Of a DNA stretch of 64,000 nt, positions 1-8,515 are shown in pieces; within the stretch, counting starts at the first letter, position 1, and every line of letters starts with the position of its first letter. The stretch comes from Candidatus Micrarchaeota archaeon. Lineage in GTDB: Archaea > Iainarchaeota > Iainarchaeia > JAADDC01. The notes under the pieces are model-generated. The model had not been told where the DNA came from, did not search any database, and worked only from the letters and a program-made list of their open reading frames with translations. Location: assembly GCA_027011045.1 (NCBI GenBank), contig JALVAT010000013.1:20364-84363 (forward strand). Reading direction: 5' to 3'. The translations under genes and the position numbers were made by a program.

Positions 1-357
1 GTGGTGCGCGGTGGCAAGGCGGTGCGCCGAATGATCTCGATTACGGAGATAGAGCGGTACCACGCACCCAGCGGGAGTATTATTACGCGTGACGTCTTCC
101 TCTGGGATCCAGTCCAGGACAAGCACGACTTCCGCGCATGGTATAACTCGTACATCCTGGAGCAGATGGTAGCCCCGGTCCTTGGGCTGGCAAAGGATGA
201 GCTCTATCAGGAGCTTCAGACCCGCGCATCCGTGCTCGAGGAGATGGCAAAGCGCCACATAACCGACTACTTCCAGGTATACGACCTCATCCGAAGGTAC
301 ACCGAGTTCGGGCTGGAGGGACTCCCGTTCCCCGTCGAGGTGAGAGAATGGCAATGA
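1..357 (+). CDS. flaI: Archaellum assembly ATPase FlaI, C-terminal fragment (gene begins upstream of window)
   Basis: C-terminal region typical of FlaI / type II-IV secretion ATPases; overlaps the following flaJ-like gene by 10 nt, as flaI-flaJ pairs usually do. Confidence 0.55.
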   Translation: MVRGGKAVRRMISITEIERYHAPSGSIITRDVFLWDPVQDKHDFRAWYNSYILEQMVAPVLGLAKDELYQELQTRASVLEEMAKRHITDYFQVYDLIRRYTEFGLEGLPFPVEVREWQ

Positions 358-2063
358 ACATCGAGAAATACGTCCACATCCTGGGCGTAGACACCATAAG
401 CGGCCTGGTACAGTACATAGGCATAGTCTGGCTAGCGTCCTTCATCGCGCTCATCATTATGACGTACCCTTTCTATCTCCTGGGGATAATCAACGGGAGC
501 AACCTTCCAGCCATAATCGCGGTCGACTTCTTCCTTGCACTAATCGCCGCAGTCCTGGCAGTCAAGATACCGGCAAGCATAAAGGCGGTAAACATCGAGA
601 AGAACTTCCCGGCATTCCTCGCATACCTTGGCGCCATGACAACCGCCAAGAGCAACTACGAAGAGTTCTTCCGGGCGCTGGCAGAGACAGAGGAATACGG
701 AGAAATTTCCAAGGAGATGAAGCGACTATACCACCTGGCGAAGGACTGGAAGCTCGGGTACGCAAGAGCGTGCCGCGTGGTGGCAGATACAACGCCGTCA
801 CCCCTCTTCTCAAACTTCCTGGCAAGGCTATCGCAGGTAGTGGAGTACGGTGAAGACATAGAGTCCTTCTTCAAGAACCAGTACCACGACATCATGCGCG
901 ACATGACAACGCGCTACCAGCAGACCGCACACAAGATAAACACAGTCGCCGAGCTTTTCTCCGCGCTCTTCGTGTCGGTAGCATTCCTGCTTGCCTTCGC
1001 CATGCTCATGCCAATCTTCTTCCCCATAAGCTCCACGGCCATCGCCATCGGCGCAACGGTGCTCGTCCTCATGATCGACGGAATTATAATAGGAATGGCG
1101 AAGGCGTCCACACCCAGCGAGGAATTCGTCCTCCCCTTCTGGAGGGGCGCGCCGGAGCACATGATGGCCGTTGCCGCAACGGTGTTCGGCATACTCGCCT
1201 CCGTTCTAGCATTCCTCATCCTCTGGGTAATTGGCGTTCCCCCCATCCTCCAGGTGCTCATCTCCGCAATACCCCTGGCAGTGCCCGCATACCTCACAAC
1301 ACACGTGGAGAACCTCATAAGACGAAGGGAAAAGTCATACATCCCGTTCATACGCACCCTGGGTGACCTCACGGCCATTAGAGAGGGTGCGGTTACCCCA
1401 GTACTCAGGAGGCTGCGCAGGCACATATATCCGGGCCTGAACAGGGGTCTGGATAGGCTCTACAAGAGGTTGGCGATAACGAGGCAAATCTTTGACGCCT
1501 TCGATCTGTTCTCCAGGGAAATGGGGTCGGCATTGATATCGAAGTTCAACGAGCTCTTCGTCAACGCACTGTACGCCGGTGCGGACCCTAAGAGAACAGG
1601 AGAAATCATAGGAGATCAGATGCACGCAATGCTGGATTCAAGGAAGCTGAGGCTGCAAATAGCCTCCGGCGCACGGGGCGTCATATACGGCACGTACATT
1701 GGAGTAGCCCTGGGCGTCTTCCTGGCTGTAAAGTCCATAGCACAGGTGTTCAACATCTTCGCATCGGTTCTTAACACGATACAGAGCAACGTCATGGCGT
1801 ATTTCAGCTTCTTCAACTTCAGCGTAAACTTGAACCCCCTCGTTGACTACATGGTGTACCTTTTCGCCATGGAGGCAGCAGCCCTTGCCGTGGTAATAAA
1901 GATACTTGACGGGGGGCTCATGAGCAACGCGACAAAGCACTACCTCGTCATGATTATCGCCCTCACCATCGTCTACTACATAACGGACTACGTCGTCCGA
2001 ATGCTCTTCCCCCTTACTGCAGAGGCTGCCAGCGTCAGCGTGCCCGGCGCCAGCGGACCGTAA
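348..2063 (+). CDS. flaJ: Archaellum polytopic membrane protein FlaJ (TadC/GspF-like)
   Basis: 571 aa with many predicted TM helices and cytoplasmic helical domains; directly follows the FlaI fragment. Confidence 0.75.
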   Translation: MAMNIEKYVHILGVDTISGLVQYIGIVWLASFIALIIMTYPFYLLGIINGSNLPAIIAVDFFLALIAAVLAVKIPASIKAVNIEKNFPAFLAYLGAMTTAKSNYEEFFRALAETEEYGEISKEMKRLYHLAKDWKLGYARACRVVADTTPSPLFSNFLARLSQVVEYGEDIESFFKNQYHDIMRDMTTRYQQTAHKINTVAELFSALFVSVAFLLAFAMLMPIFFPISSTAIAIGATVLVLMIDGIIIGMAKASTPSEEFVLPFWRGAPEHMMAVAATVFGILASVLAFLILWVIGVPPILQVLISAIPLAVPAYLTTHVENLIRRREKSYIPFIRTLGDLTAIREGAVTPVLRRLRRHIYPGLNRGLDRLYKRLAITRQIFDAFDLFSREMGSALISKFNELFVNALYAGADPKRTGEIIGDQMHAMLDSRKLRLQIASGARGVIYGTYIGVALGVFLAVKSIAQVFNIFASVLNTIQSNVMAYFSFFNFSVNLNPLVDYMVYLFAMEAAALAVVIKILDGGLMSNATKHYLVMIIALTIVYYITDYVVRMLFPLTAEAASVSVPGASGP

Positions 2064-2136
2064 CTACTACACAGTTACGAAAAAGAACGCAGACACGAGA
2101 TCTACGTTTAAAACAGGGTGAGGAGCTATTTTTACG

Positions 2137-2946
2137 ATGCGTGGCCAGTCCGGGATAGGCACCATTATCGTATTCATCGCCATGATCCTCGCCGCCGTTG
2201 TGGTAGCCATTGTCATTCTCCAGATAACAGATTCGCTCCGCGGACAGGCCATGCTCACGAACAGACAGGCCCAACAGACCATGAGCGCGCGCTACGACAT
2301 AATAGGCGTCTCCGCGGTAGCATACAAGGACGCAAACACTGGGGACTATAAAGTCTATTACCTAATACTCCGCGTCCGTCCCGGACTGGGCGCGCGCAGC
2401 CTGGACCTCAAGAAAACGTACCTCACGTATAACGGTCCACAGGTAACGATTCCGGGCGTCAAGTACGAACCGATTACGGAGGTCCTCAAGAACAATGCCA
2501 CGTACATCGCAGCGGCGGCGGACTTGGGAAACACAGACGTGAACGACATACTCTCCAAGATCACGGGGGCGTGCAGTGCGTCCATGTATAACATAATGAC
2601 CGCCCTGGGGACGTATAACTACATCACTGTGGTCCCTTACATCGCGCCAGCCAGAAAATCGGACGTTGCGTACGCCCCAGGTACAGTGACAGCCGCAACG
2701 GTTGTGGCGAACAGAGATCCCGCGCACTTCACTGCAATCTGGGAGGAGTGCGCGGGAAAGGACGACCTCGGAAGCGTTTCTGATGGTCAAACCGTGTACA
2801 TAATATACCCCCTCCCCAAGCCCGTGGGCTCGAGCACATACATAACCATAAGCCTGGAAACGGCAGACGGCTGGAGCGCCCCCATGACGCTCCGCATCCC
2901 CGCGGGCCTGGATCAGGGGTACGTCACGATCTACCCCGCAACCTAA
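2137..2946 (+). CDS. flaB: Archaellin (FlaB) with class III signal peptide
   Basis: N-terminus MRGQSGIGTIIVFIAMILAAVVVA matches the archaellin prepilin motif (basic residue-G-x-GIGTLIVFIAM). Confidence 0.8.
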   Translation: MRGQSGIGTIIVFIAMILAAVVVAIVILQITDSLRGQAMLTNRQAQQTMSARYDIIGVSAVAYKDANTGDYKVYYLILRVRPGLGARSLDLKKTYLTYNGPQVTIPGVKYEPITEVLKNNATYIAAAADLGNTDVNDILSKITGACSASMYNIMTALGTYNYITVVPYIAPARKSDVAYAPGTVTAATVVANRDPAHFTAIWEECAGKDDLGSVSDGQTVYIIYPLPKPVGSSTYITISLETADGWSAPMTLRIPAGLDQGYVTIYPAT

Positions 2947-2950
2947 GGAG

Positions 2951-3673
2951 GTGTATGCTGTGTTCGAAAACCTGTTTGGAGGCGGCGGAAAGCAGCAGAA
3001 TAAAAGCCCAAAGAAGCCAGCTGCTGGAATAAAGCCTGCTATTCAGATCGGCGTTGGAGCTCCGACAGTTGGTAGTCCCGCTACAAACGCCGGCGGTCAG
3101 GATCTCGCCGCAGAGCTCGAGAACGTCAAGCAGGACGTTGAGAAGCTCAAGGACTCCGTCAACGCGATTAGGTCCTCACTTAAGAACCTGAACGAAAAAA
3201 TGGACAAACTCGAAAAGCACATTGCAGAGCTCGCATCCATCTACGAGCTTGTTACAAACCAGACAAACCCATTCCTTGACGAAGACGAGAGAAAAGCCGC
3301 TGCAAAAAAGGTTGGGACCATTCAGACAGTCCCAGCGGCAGCGCCAGCTGCCCCCGTAGCACCAAAGGAAGAGGAGCCTGAGGTCGTGCTGCCCAGCGTG
3401 GATCTCACGAATCCAAAGGTAATTCAGACGATCCTTGACTGGATGCAGTTCATCGTGGAACGTGTGGGCCACGCCGGCGTCGATGACGTGCTCCAGTACT
3501 ACGTGGACATCCACTGGATCTCCCAGGAAGTAGCGGAGATCCTCAAGCGCTACGCAGACGGAATAAGGGTTGAAATTGAGCCAGAGGTGGAGGAACCCGT
3601 GCAGCTCGATCCCGAGGACCACATGAAGAGCCTGGACTACATTATGCAGATCAAGGAGTTCCAGGGTCAGTGA
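2951..3673 (+). CDS. FlaD/E-domain archaellum accessory protein (FlaC/D/E family); the true start may be the GTG about 9 nt downstream of a GGAGG
   Basis: Soluble coiled-coil N-terminus plus C-terminal block ...LQYYVDIHWISQEVAEIL... resembling the FlaD/E domain signature (YY..IGWIS.EV). Confidence 0.6.
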   Translation: MYAVFENLFGGGGKQQNKSPKKPAAGIKPAIQIGVGAPTVGSPATNAGGQDLAAELENVKQDVEKLKDSVNAIRSSLKNLNEKMDKLEKHIAELASIYELVTNQTNPFLDEDERKAAAKKVGTIQTVPAAAPAAPVAPKEEEPEVVLPSVDLTNPKVIQTILDWMQFIVERVGHAGVDDVLQYYVDIHWISQEVAEILKRYADGIRVEIEPEVEEPVQLDPEDHMKSLDYIMQIKEFQGQ

Positions 3674-3674
3674 T

Positions 3675-4373
3675 ATGTTTTACTTTGACATCCCCAGGGA
3701 CGAGCTGGGCCGACGTCTCGGCAAGGGTGTGGCAGAGGGTACTGTAACCCTGATCGAGGGGGACGACGGTTCTGGAAAAACGGTGCTCACCCAGAGATTT
3801 ACCTACGGGTTCCTGCGCAACGGGCACAGCGTCACGTACATATCCACGGAACTGTCGACGAGGGACTTCGTCAAACAGATGATGTCCCTCCGCTACGACG
3901 TGACCGAGTACCTCTTGAACGGCAAGCTCCTATTTCTCCCCGTCTACCCCCCCACGGCGAGGCACCTAAAGCGCAAGAAGGACCTTCTGCGGCGAGTGGT
4001 AGACCACGCGGACCAGCTCTTCAAGAGAGACATCACGATCATCGACACACTCACGCTGCTGCTGCCGGAGGGCGGGGTGAGCGACAAGACAGCCTTCGAC
4101 TTCCTAACACTCCTGAAAAAGGTCACACTCAAGGGGAAGAGCGTCATCATCACCGCAGATCCTGGCGCCACGGATGAAAAGCTCCTGGAACCCCTACGGG
4201 AGATTGCAGACAACTACCTGATCATGAAGGCGGAGGTTTCAGGGGAGGACATCAAGAACGTCATCTACGTCCAGCGATGGAAGCGCGCAGAGACTGAGGT
4301 CTCCAAAATCGTGAAGTTCCGCGTGGAGCCCAATTTCGGAATCGTGATCGACATCTCGTCCTTCGCGATCTGA
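3675..4373 (+). CDS. flaH: Archaellum KaiC/RecA-like ATPase FlaH
   Basis: Walker A GDDGSGKT near N-terminus; ~230 aa; KaiC-like. Confidence 0.8.
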   Translation: MFYFDIPRDELGRRLGKGVAEGTVTLIEGDDGSGKTVLTQRFTYGFLRNGHSVTYISTELSTRDFVKQMMSLRYDVTEYLLNGKLLFLPVYPPTARHLKRKKDLLRRVVDHADQLFKRDITIIDTLTLLLPEGGVSDKTAFDFLTLLKKVTLKGKSVIITADPGATDEKLLEPLREIADNYLIMKAEVSGEDIKNVIYVQRWKRAETEVSKIVKFRVEPNFGIVIDISSFAI

Positions 4374-4450
4374 GGTTTTGTAACCACCGAATCGTAGAGA
4401 AAAGCTCGCCACGCCGCGGATTAGCTTTTTAAGTATGGAAAGCATATTCT

Positions 4451-5077
4451 TTGCGACAAAATACGGAGGGATATATGATGAAGGGCCAACAGGCTATCGG
4501 TACGCTGTTTATCTTTATAGCGCTGGTGATTACAGCAGCGCTTGCGGCCTTTGTTCTTGTGAGCACGACCAACACGCTGCAGTCCAAGTCCGTGGCAGTG
4601 GCCAACCAGACCATGAACAAGGCCACCATGGGCTTCTCAGCGCGCCAGGTCGAGGGCATCTCCCACGCCGACAACCAGATCAGCGAGATCCTCATGGGTG
4701 TGGAGCTCGCACCCGGTTCTGGCGTGATTGACCTCAGCGACGCCAAGATCATCTGGACCGCCAACGGCGGTAAGGTCTACGGCGAGTATGAGTACAACAG
4801 CACCCTCGTTACCTTTGACGCCACGACGCTGTCCTTCAGCCCAGCGCTCCAGGCCGGCCAGTACTACGTTGTTCAGAACAGGACCTCTGGCGACGACGAC
4901 AAGTTCCTCGAGTCTGGTGAGGTCTACGTCCTCGGCTTCCAGCTCCCACAGCCCCTGCTGAAGGGCCAGGACTGGTCCATCACCATGCGCGCGCCCTACA
5001 CACAGGACCTCTACATCACGGGCTACGCGCCTCCTGTGATCGAGGCCAACACCATCGTGACCCTGAAGTCCGCGTAA
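4451..5077 (+). CDS. flaB: Archaellin (second copy)
   Basis: N-terminus MMKGQQAIGTLFIFIALVITAALAAFVL is a class III signal plus hydrophobic helix; about 200 aa. Confidence 0.75.
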   Translation: MRQNTEGYMMKGQQAIGTLFIFIALVITAALAAFVLVSTTNTLQSKSVAVANQTMNKATMGFSARQVEGISHADNQISEILMGVELAPGSGVIDLSDAKIIWTANGGKVYGEYEYNSTLVTFDATTLSFSPALQAGQYYVVQNRTSGDDDKFLESGEVYVLGFQLPQPLLKGQDWSITMRAPYTQDLYITGYAPPVIEANTIVTLKSA

Positions 5078-5087
5078 GGGCGGACTT

Positions 5088-5105
5088 CTAAACCCCTCTT
5101 TTTCT
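5088..5105 (+). terminator. Oligo-T tract downstream of archaellin gene (putative archaeal terminator)
   Basis: ctctttttcttgttttcc immediately after the stop codon. Confidence 0.35.
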
Positions 5106-5506
5106 TGTTTTCCACAGGCAACAGGTTTATAGCGTATTCTTAGCAAAATAATTCTGCGGCCTGGCTGCGCCCGGGGAGCGCGAAGCAATGAACCGGTGTC
5201 ACGAAGGCCGCATACAACCCAAACAATAGAAAGATTCACAAGAGAAGACTGTAACAAGATAATAACCGGCTGCAAGTCCGTCTGGCAGACAATAGGAATA
5301 ATGTTAAAAGAGGGTGCCGTGCAATCAGCGCCTTGCTCTTCTTCTCCTGCGCTTAAGGCGGCGCATCTTCTTCTTTCTCCACTTCCAGCGCTGCATTGCG
5401 TGGGGCTTCTTGAAACGCGATGTGTCCTTCTTTCGTATGCCCAAGTGAGCACCTCCTGAGGTGTGAACGCTATGCTAAGGGTCAAAGGAGTTAATAAAGG
5501 TGTGGG

Positions 5507-5530
5507 TATGCTCCGGCCAGCATTTGAAGG
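5507..5530 (-). repeat. Degenerate duplicate of the tRNA-Glu 3' end (T-loop plus acceptor 3' strand)
   Basis: tatgctccggcc (12/12) and atttgaa (7/7) match the 3' part of the tRNA-Glu gene about 100 bp away. Confidence 0.5.
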
Positions 5531-5629
5531 CCAAATTCTCTGGCCGGGCGAGTGTGGGTGGGGTCTACCGACCCCACGCCCGGGCGCGGCGACAGAGACG
5601 ATATCACCGCGCCAGCAACGCAGCTGTTA

Positions 5630-5704
5630 TGCTCCGGCCGGGATTTGAACCCGGGTCTCGGGCTCGAAAGGCCCGAATGCTTGACCGGGCTACACCACCG
5701 GAGC
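5630..5704 (-). tRNA. tRNA-Glu(TTC): tRNA-Glu (anticodon TTC)
   Basis: Manual fold: acceptor GCUCCGG/CCGGAGC, T-arm CCGGG-UUCAAAU-CCCGG, anticodon stem CGGGC/GCCCG, loop CUUUCGA. Confidence 0.85.
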
Positions 5705-5830
5705 AGCCACCATCCCGGCTGGCGTGATGCTAACTGCCCGTCTTCGACAGGCAATTATGCGTTGGTTGCACGCGGGGTCAAGCACCGCCTGCGGGTGCGA
5801 AACCCGCACCCAACATCCGCCGTAGAATGC
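5705..5830 (-). repeat. tRNA-flanking structured element, copy C (shortest family member)
   Basis: Shares ccatcccgg, gatgctaactg, a hairpin, caattatgc and ggttgc blocks with the elements at 33776 and 46118; lies directly 5' of tRNA-Glu. Confidence 0.55.
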
Positions 5831-5856
5831 TTGGGAGGAATGCTTTAAATTCATGA

Positions 5857-5916
5857 GGATCAGCACTGCTATCTCTCATCATCGCTCCGCTCAGACGAAA
5901 CCTCCCTCATCACCCA
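5857..5916 (-). ncRNA. C/D-box sRNA (2'-O-methylation guide)
   Basis: Minus strand reads GUGAUGA, 12-nt guide, CUGA, spacer, GAUGAUGA, 12-nt guide, CUGA; A/T-rich TATA-like stretch about 25 nt upstream. Confidence 0.7.
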
Positions 5917-5943
5917 TAAAAAGAGATATCTCACGTTTTTATT

Positions 5944-6336
5944 ATGGCCACGACAGTCAAACTCAAGGACGTGGGACTTCTTCTGCTCGGAACGGGTGTG
6001 CTCATAGTGGCCCTGGTCGTCGCGCACTGGTACTTCTTCCAGGTACTCCCTGCATCGGAGGAATCGGCAAGGGTCAACACGTGGTGCTTTGTAGAGGACA
6101 ACCGCGCCTTTGTACACATAAGCACGGGGAACAAAATACGGGACGTTGTCATTGAGATTGGTAAAGCGCGCTGCGAGTACAATGTAATGTATCCAGGCAC
6201 AACCAACGTATGTGAAGCAAACGTATGGGGAACCACGGTGTACAGAGTAAAATACGAGGTGCACGGCAAAGCTGTGGAAGAATCGGACGTGTGCAGGTAC
6301 GGTAGCTTTGTTAAACCCATTCCGATAAGAGGATAA
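5944..6336 (+). CDS. Hypothetical small membrane-anchored protein (N-terminal TM, Cys-containing ectodomain)
   Basis: ORF with hydrophobic N-terminus LLLLGTGVLIVALVVAHWYFF; TATA-like cataaaaaga about 25 nt upstream of the ATG. Confidence 0.4.
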   Translation: MATTVKLKDVGLLLLGTGVLIVALVVAHWYFFQVLPASEESARVNTWCFVEDNRAFVHISTGNKIRDVVIEIGKARCEYNVMYPGTTNVCEANVWGTTVYRVKYEVHGKAVEESDVCRYGSFVKPIPIRG

Positions 6337-6453
6337 TGCGGCGGGATGACCGCATGAACCTCCGCAGGAGCGGGCAACGCGATGATGACGGTGAGCACTC
6401 GCGGACCGCCGCTCCCATCTCTGGCTTTTATCACCTTCGCACCCATTCTGAGC

Positions 6454-7173
6454 ATGGCAAACATGGAAACCCTTATTGAAATGGCGAAGCGGGAGATACG
6501 GGACGAAACGGTAAAGTCGACCGTATTAGATATCCTGAGGAACCCGAGGATCACCTTTGCAGATGTGGAACCAAAAATTTCCCCAGACGAGGCGCCGGCG
6601 GCTCCAAAGGCACATCATTCCTATCCAGGGGGCCTCATAGATCACACAATAGGCGTTACCATCCTTGCAAAGCACTTTTCCAACGCATTCTCCGAGCTCT
6701 ACGGCTACCAAGTAAGACGGGACTACATTATAGGGGCCGCGCTGCTGCACGACATTTTCAAGTACTACCAGTACGAGTACGACGAGGTTACGGGCGGATT
6801 CAGGCAGAGGGAGGACTGGTATCTGCAGCACGACTTCGCCCTCATAGCAGAGCTCTCGCACAGGCATGCACCAGAGTACCTGATACGTGTGTGCGCCGAA
6901 GCCCACGGTTTTAACGTGTTGGCCACGCCGGAGGGCCAGATTGTCCACCTGGCAGACTCCACGGACGCGAGGTTTGCAGCAAAGATACAGGACATCGTCT
7001 ACAGGGCTTGCGTTGATCTTGAAAGGGAAACTGACGGCGACATCCTCGCAGTAAAGGCGTACTACGCCATAGTGAGACGGCACTCACTATACGAGCTTGC
7101 AAGGATCGCCCAAGAGAAGGGAACAAAGGAACTACGTGCATTCATAAAAAGAGAGCTACTTGGGGGTCAGTAG
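6454..7173 (+). CDS. HD-domain phosphohydrolase
   Basis: H...HD motif (HSYPGGLIDHTIGV ... LLHDIFK); cttttatc TATA about 25 nt upstream of ATG 6454. Confidence 0.65.
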   Translation: MANMETLIEMAKREIRDETVKSTVLDILRNPRITFADVEPKISPDEAPAAPKAHHSYPGGLIDHTIGVTILAKHFSNAFSELYGYQVRRDYIIGAALLHDIFKYYQYEYDEVTGGFRQREDWYLQHDFALIAELSHRHAPEYLIRVCAEAHGFNVLATPEGQIVHLADSTDARFAAKIQDIVYRACVDLERETDGDILAVKAYYAIVRRHSLYELARIAQEKGTKELRAFIKRELLGGQ

Positions 7174-7568
7174 CGGCCCCCAAAGCGCCTACCACGGGAG
7201 GGCATGTCAAAGCGGCGCGGACGCTGGACCTCGCGGTCAGACACGTTGTTGTCCGTGTTCGCCTTGAAGTCCTGGGCATCCACAACCTCTATCTTCCCGT
7301 AACGCCCAACGTTGAGACGCATGTGCCCACCAACAACGGCCACATAGCCGTTCTCTATGCGGACGTAGTCACCAGGCTGGAGCATATCCGCCCTGTCATC
7401 CCATAGTGAGAGCAGAATTGATCCGCTTTGATCGCCAACAAGGTACTCCTTTACCCTGTGGGTGCTACCATCCTTGCGGGAGACGACCTCGCGGTCGTCG
7501 GCCACAGAAACAACCTCGACGGTCACGTCCACGTTGCGGGAGGACGGACCGAGATCAGCAACCTTCAT
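7167..7568 (-). CDS. OB-fold nucleic-acid-binding protein (SSB/RPA-like), RGG-like basic tail
   Basis: 133 aa with an OB-fold-like beta-rich core and C-terminal RGRRFGGRY. Confidence 0.45.
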   Translation of the reverse strand: MKVADLGPSSRNVDVTVEVVSVADDREVVSRKDGSTHRVKEYLVGDQSGSILLSLWDDRADMLQPGDYVRIENGYVAVVGGHMRLNVGRYGKIEVVDAQDFKANTDNNVSDREVQRPRRFDMPSRGRRFGGRY

Positions 7569-7602
7569 TCTTTACACCTCGGTACGTTGCTACCACTGGG
7601 AC

Positions 7603-7612
7603 ATTGGTGTAT
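7603..7612. promoter_or_regulatory. Palindromic TATA box (TTTATATAAA) between divergent OB-fold gene and the MBL / reverse gyrase operon
   Basis: tgtatataaacc; about 45 nt upstream of the minus-strand ATG and about 80 nt upstream of plus-strand ATG 7691. Confidence 0.5.
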
Positions 7613-7690
7613 ATAAACCCATTGCAGTCCCTCTCATTCGTGGCAACGCGTTTCAGGATTCTCGCGGCGGACTCCCTCGGCGTCAGATCC

Positions 7691-8515
7691 ATGGCAACGG
7701 CGGTCGAGCATTCGGGAGAGAAGATTATCATCGATCCAAGTGCAGCACTTGGGCCAAGAAGATACGGGCTGCCGCCCCACGAGCTGGAGGAGCTCGCACT
7801 CCGGCTCGCGCTAAAGAGGATTGACCGGGAACTTCAGGACGCCGATTACGTTATCTTCACGCACTACCACTGGGACCACTACAGGCCGGAGGCAGACCTG
7901 GAGGGAAAGGTTGTATACATGAAGGATCCGGAGAACTACATCAATGCGAGCCAGAGAAAGCGGGCAGCGCCGATAACAAAGCGGGAAGGCCTTGACCTGC
8001 GCATTGCAGATGGGCTGAAGGTAGATGAATTGGATATGGAGTTTTCACCACCCCTGCCGCACGGACCGGAAGGAACAAGGCTTGGATACGTCATCGGGGT
8101 AAGAATAGGGGATCTAGTCTTTACATCGGATGTGGAGGGGCCGGTAAGCGAGGCTGCGACACGGTGGATCATCGAAATGAACCCAAGAACGCTGATACTG
8201 GACGGCCCCCTTACGTACATGCTCGGATACAGATTTTCGCAGGAATCGCTGCAGCGCGCCGTGGAAAACCTCCTGGGGATCGCGGAGAGCACAAACGTGA
8301 CGGAAATTATAGCGGAGCACCATTTAGTCCGGGATATCAACGCCCACAAGAACTTCCCCGTGGGTGAAAGACTCGCTGAAATCGGAGTGGAGTATAGGAA
8401 CGCCGCGGAAGCCCAAGAGCTGGAACCGCTCCTTCTGGAACCTTGGCGCCGTATGCTGTGGAAGGGTGAAAAAGAGGTTGACCCAGATATAGTAAGGAGG
8501 GTGTACGATGCGTGA
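7691..8515 (+). CDS. Metallo-beta-lactamase-fold hydrolase
   Basis: VIFTHYHWDHY (HxHxDH motif) about 60 aa from a KIIIDPSAA strand; stop overlaps the reverse gyrase start (ATGCGTGA). Confidence 0.6.
   Translation: MATAVEHSGEKIIIDPSAALGPRRYGLPPHELEELALRLALKRIDRELQDADYVIFTHYHWDHYRPEADLEGKVVYMKDPENYINASQRKRAAPITKREGLDLRIADGLKVDELDMEFSPPLPHGPEGTRLGYVIGVRIGDLVFTSDVEGPVSEAATRWIIEMNPRTLILDGPLTYMLGYRFSQESLQRAVENLLGIAESTNVTEIIAEHHLVRDINAHKNFPVGERLAEIGVEYRNAAEAQELEPLLLEPWRRMLWKGEKEVDPDIVRRVYDA

Noticed and set aside
5196-5459. 87-aa ORF in the archaellin / tRNA-Glu intergenic region
   Set aside because: No start context or motif. The region is better explained as intergenic DNA containing the tRNA-Glu pseudo-copy.
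5705-5830. Elements A/B/C as C/D-box or H/ACA sRNAs
   Set aside because: They lack RUGAUGA/CUGA pairs with correct spacing and lack a terminal ACA with a pseudouridylation pocket. Genuine C/D sRNAs were found adjacent (5857..5916) but are distinct.
7406-7690. 95-aa Arg/Pro-rich N-terminal extension of the MBL-fold ORF
   Set aside because: It overlaps the OB-fold gene on the other strand and precedes the TATA box. ATG 7691 has proper promoter spacing.
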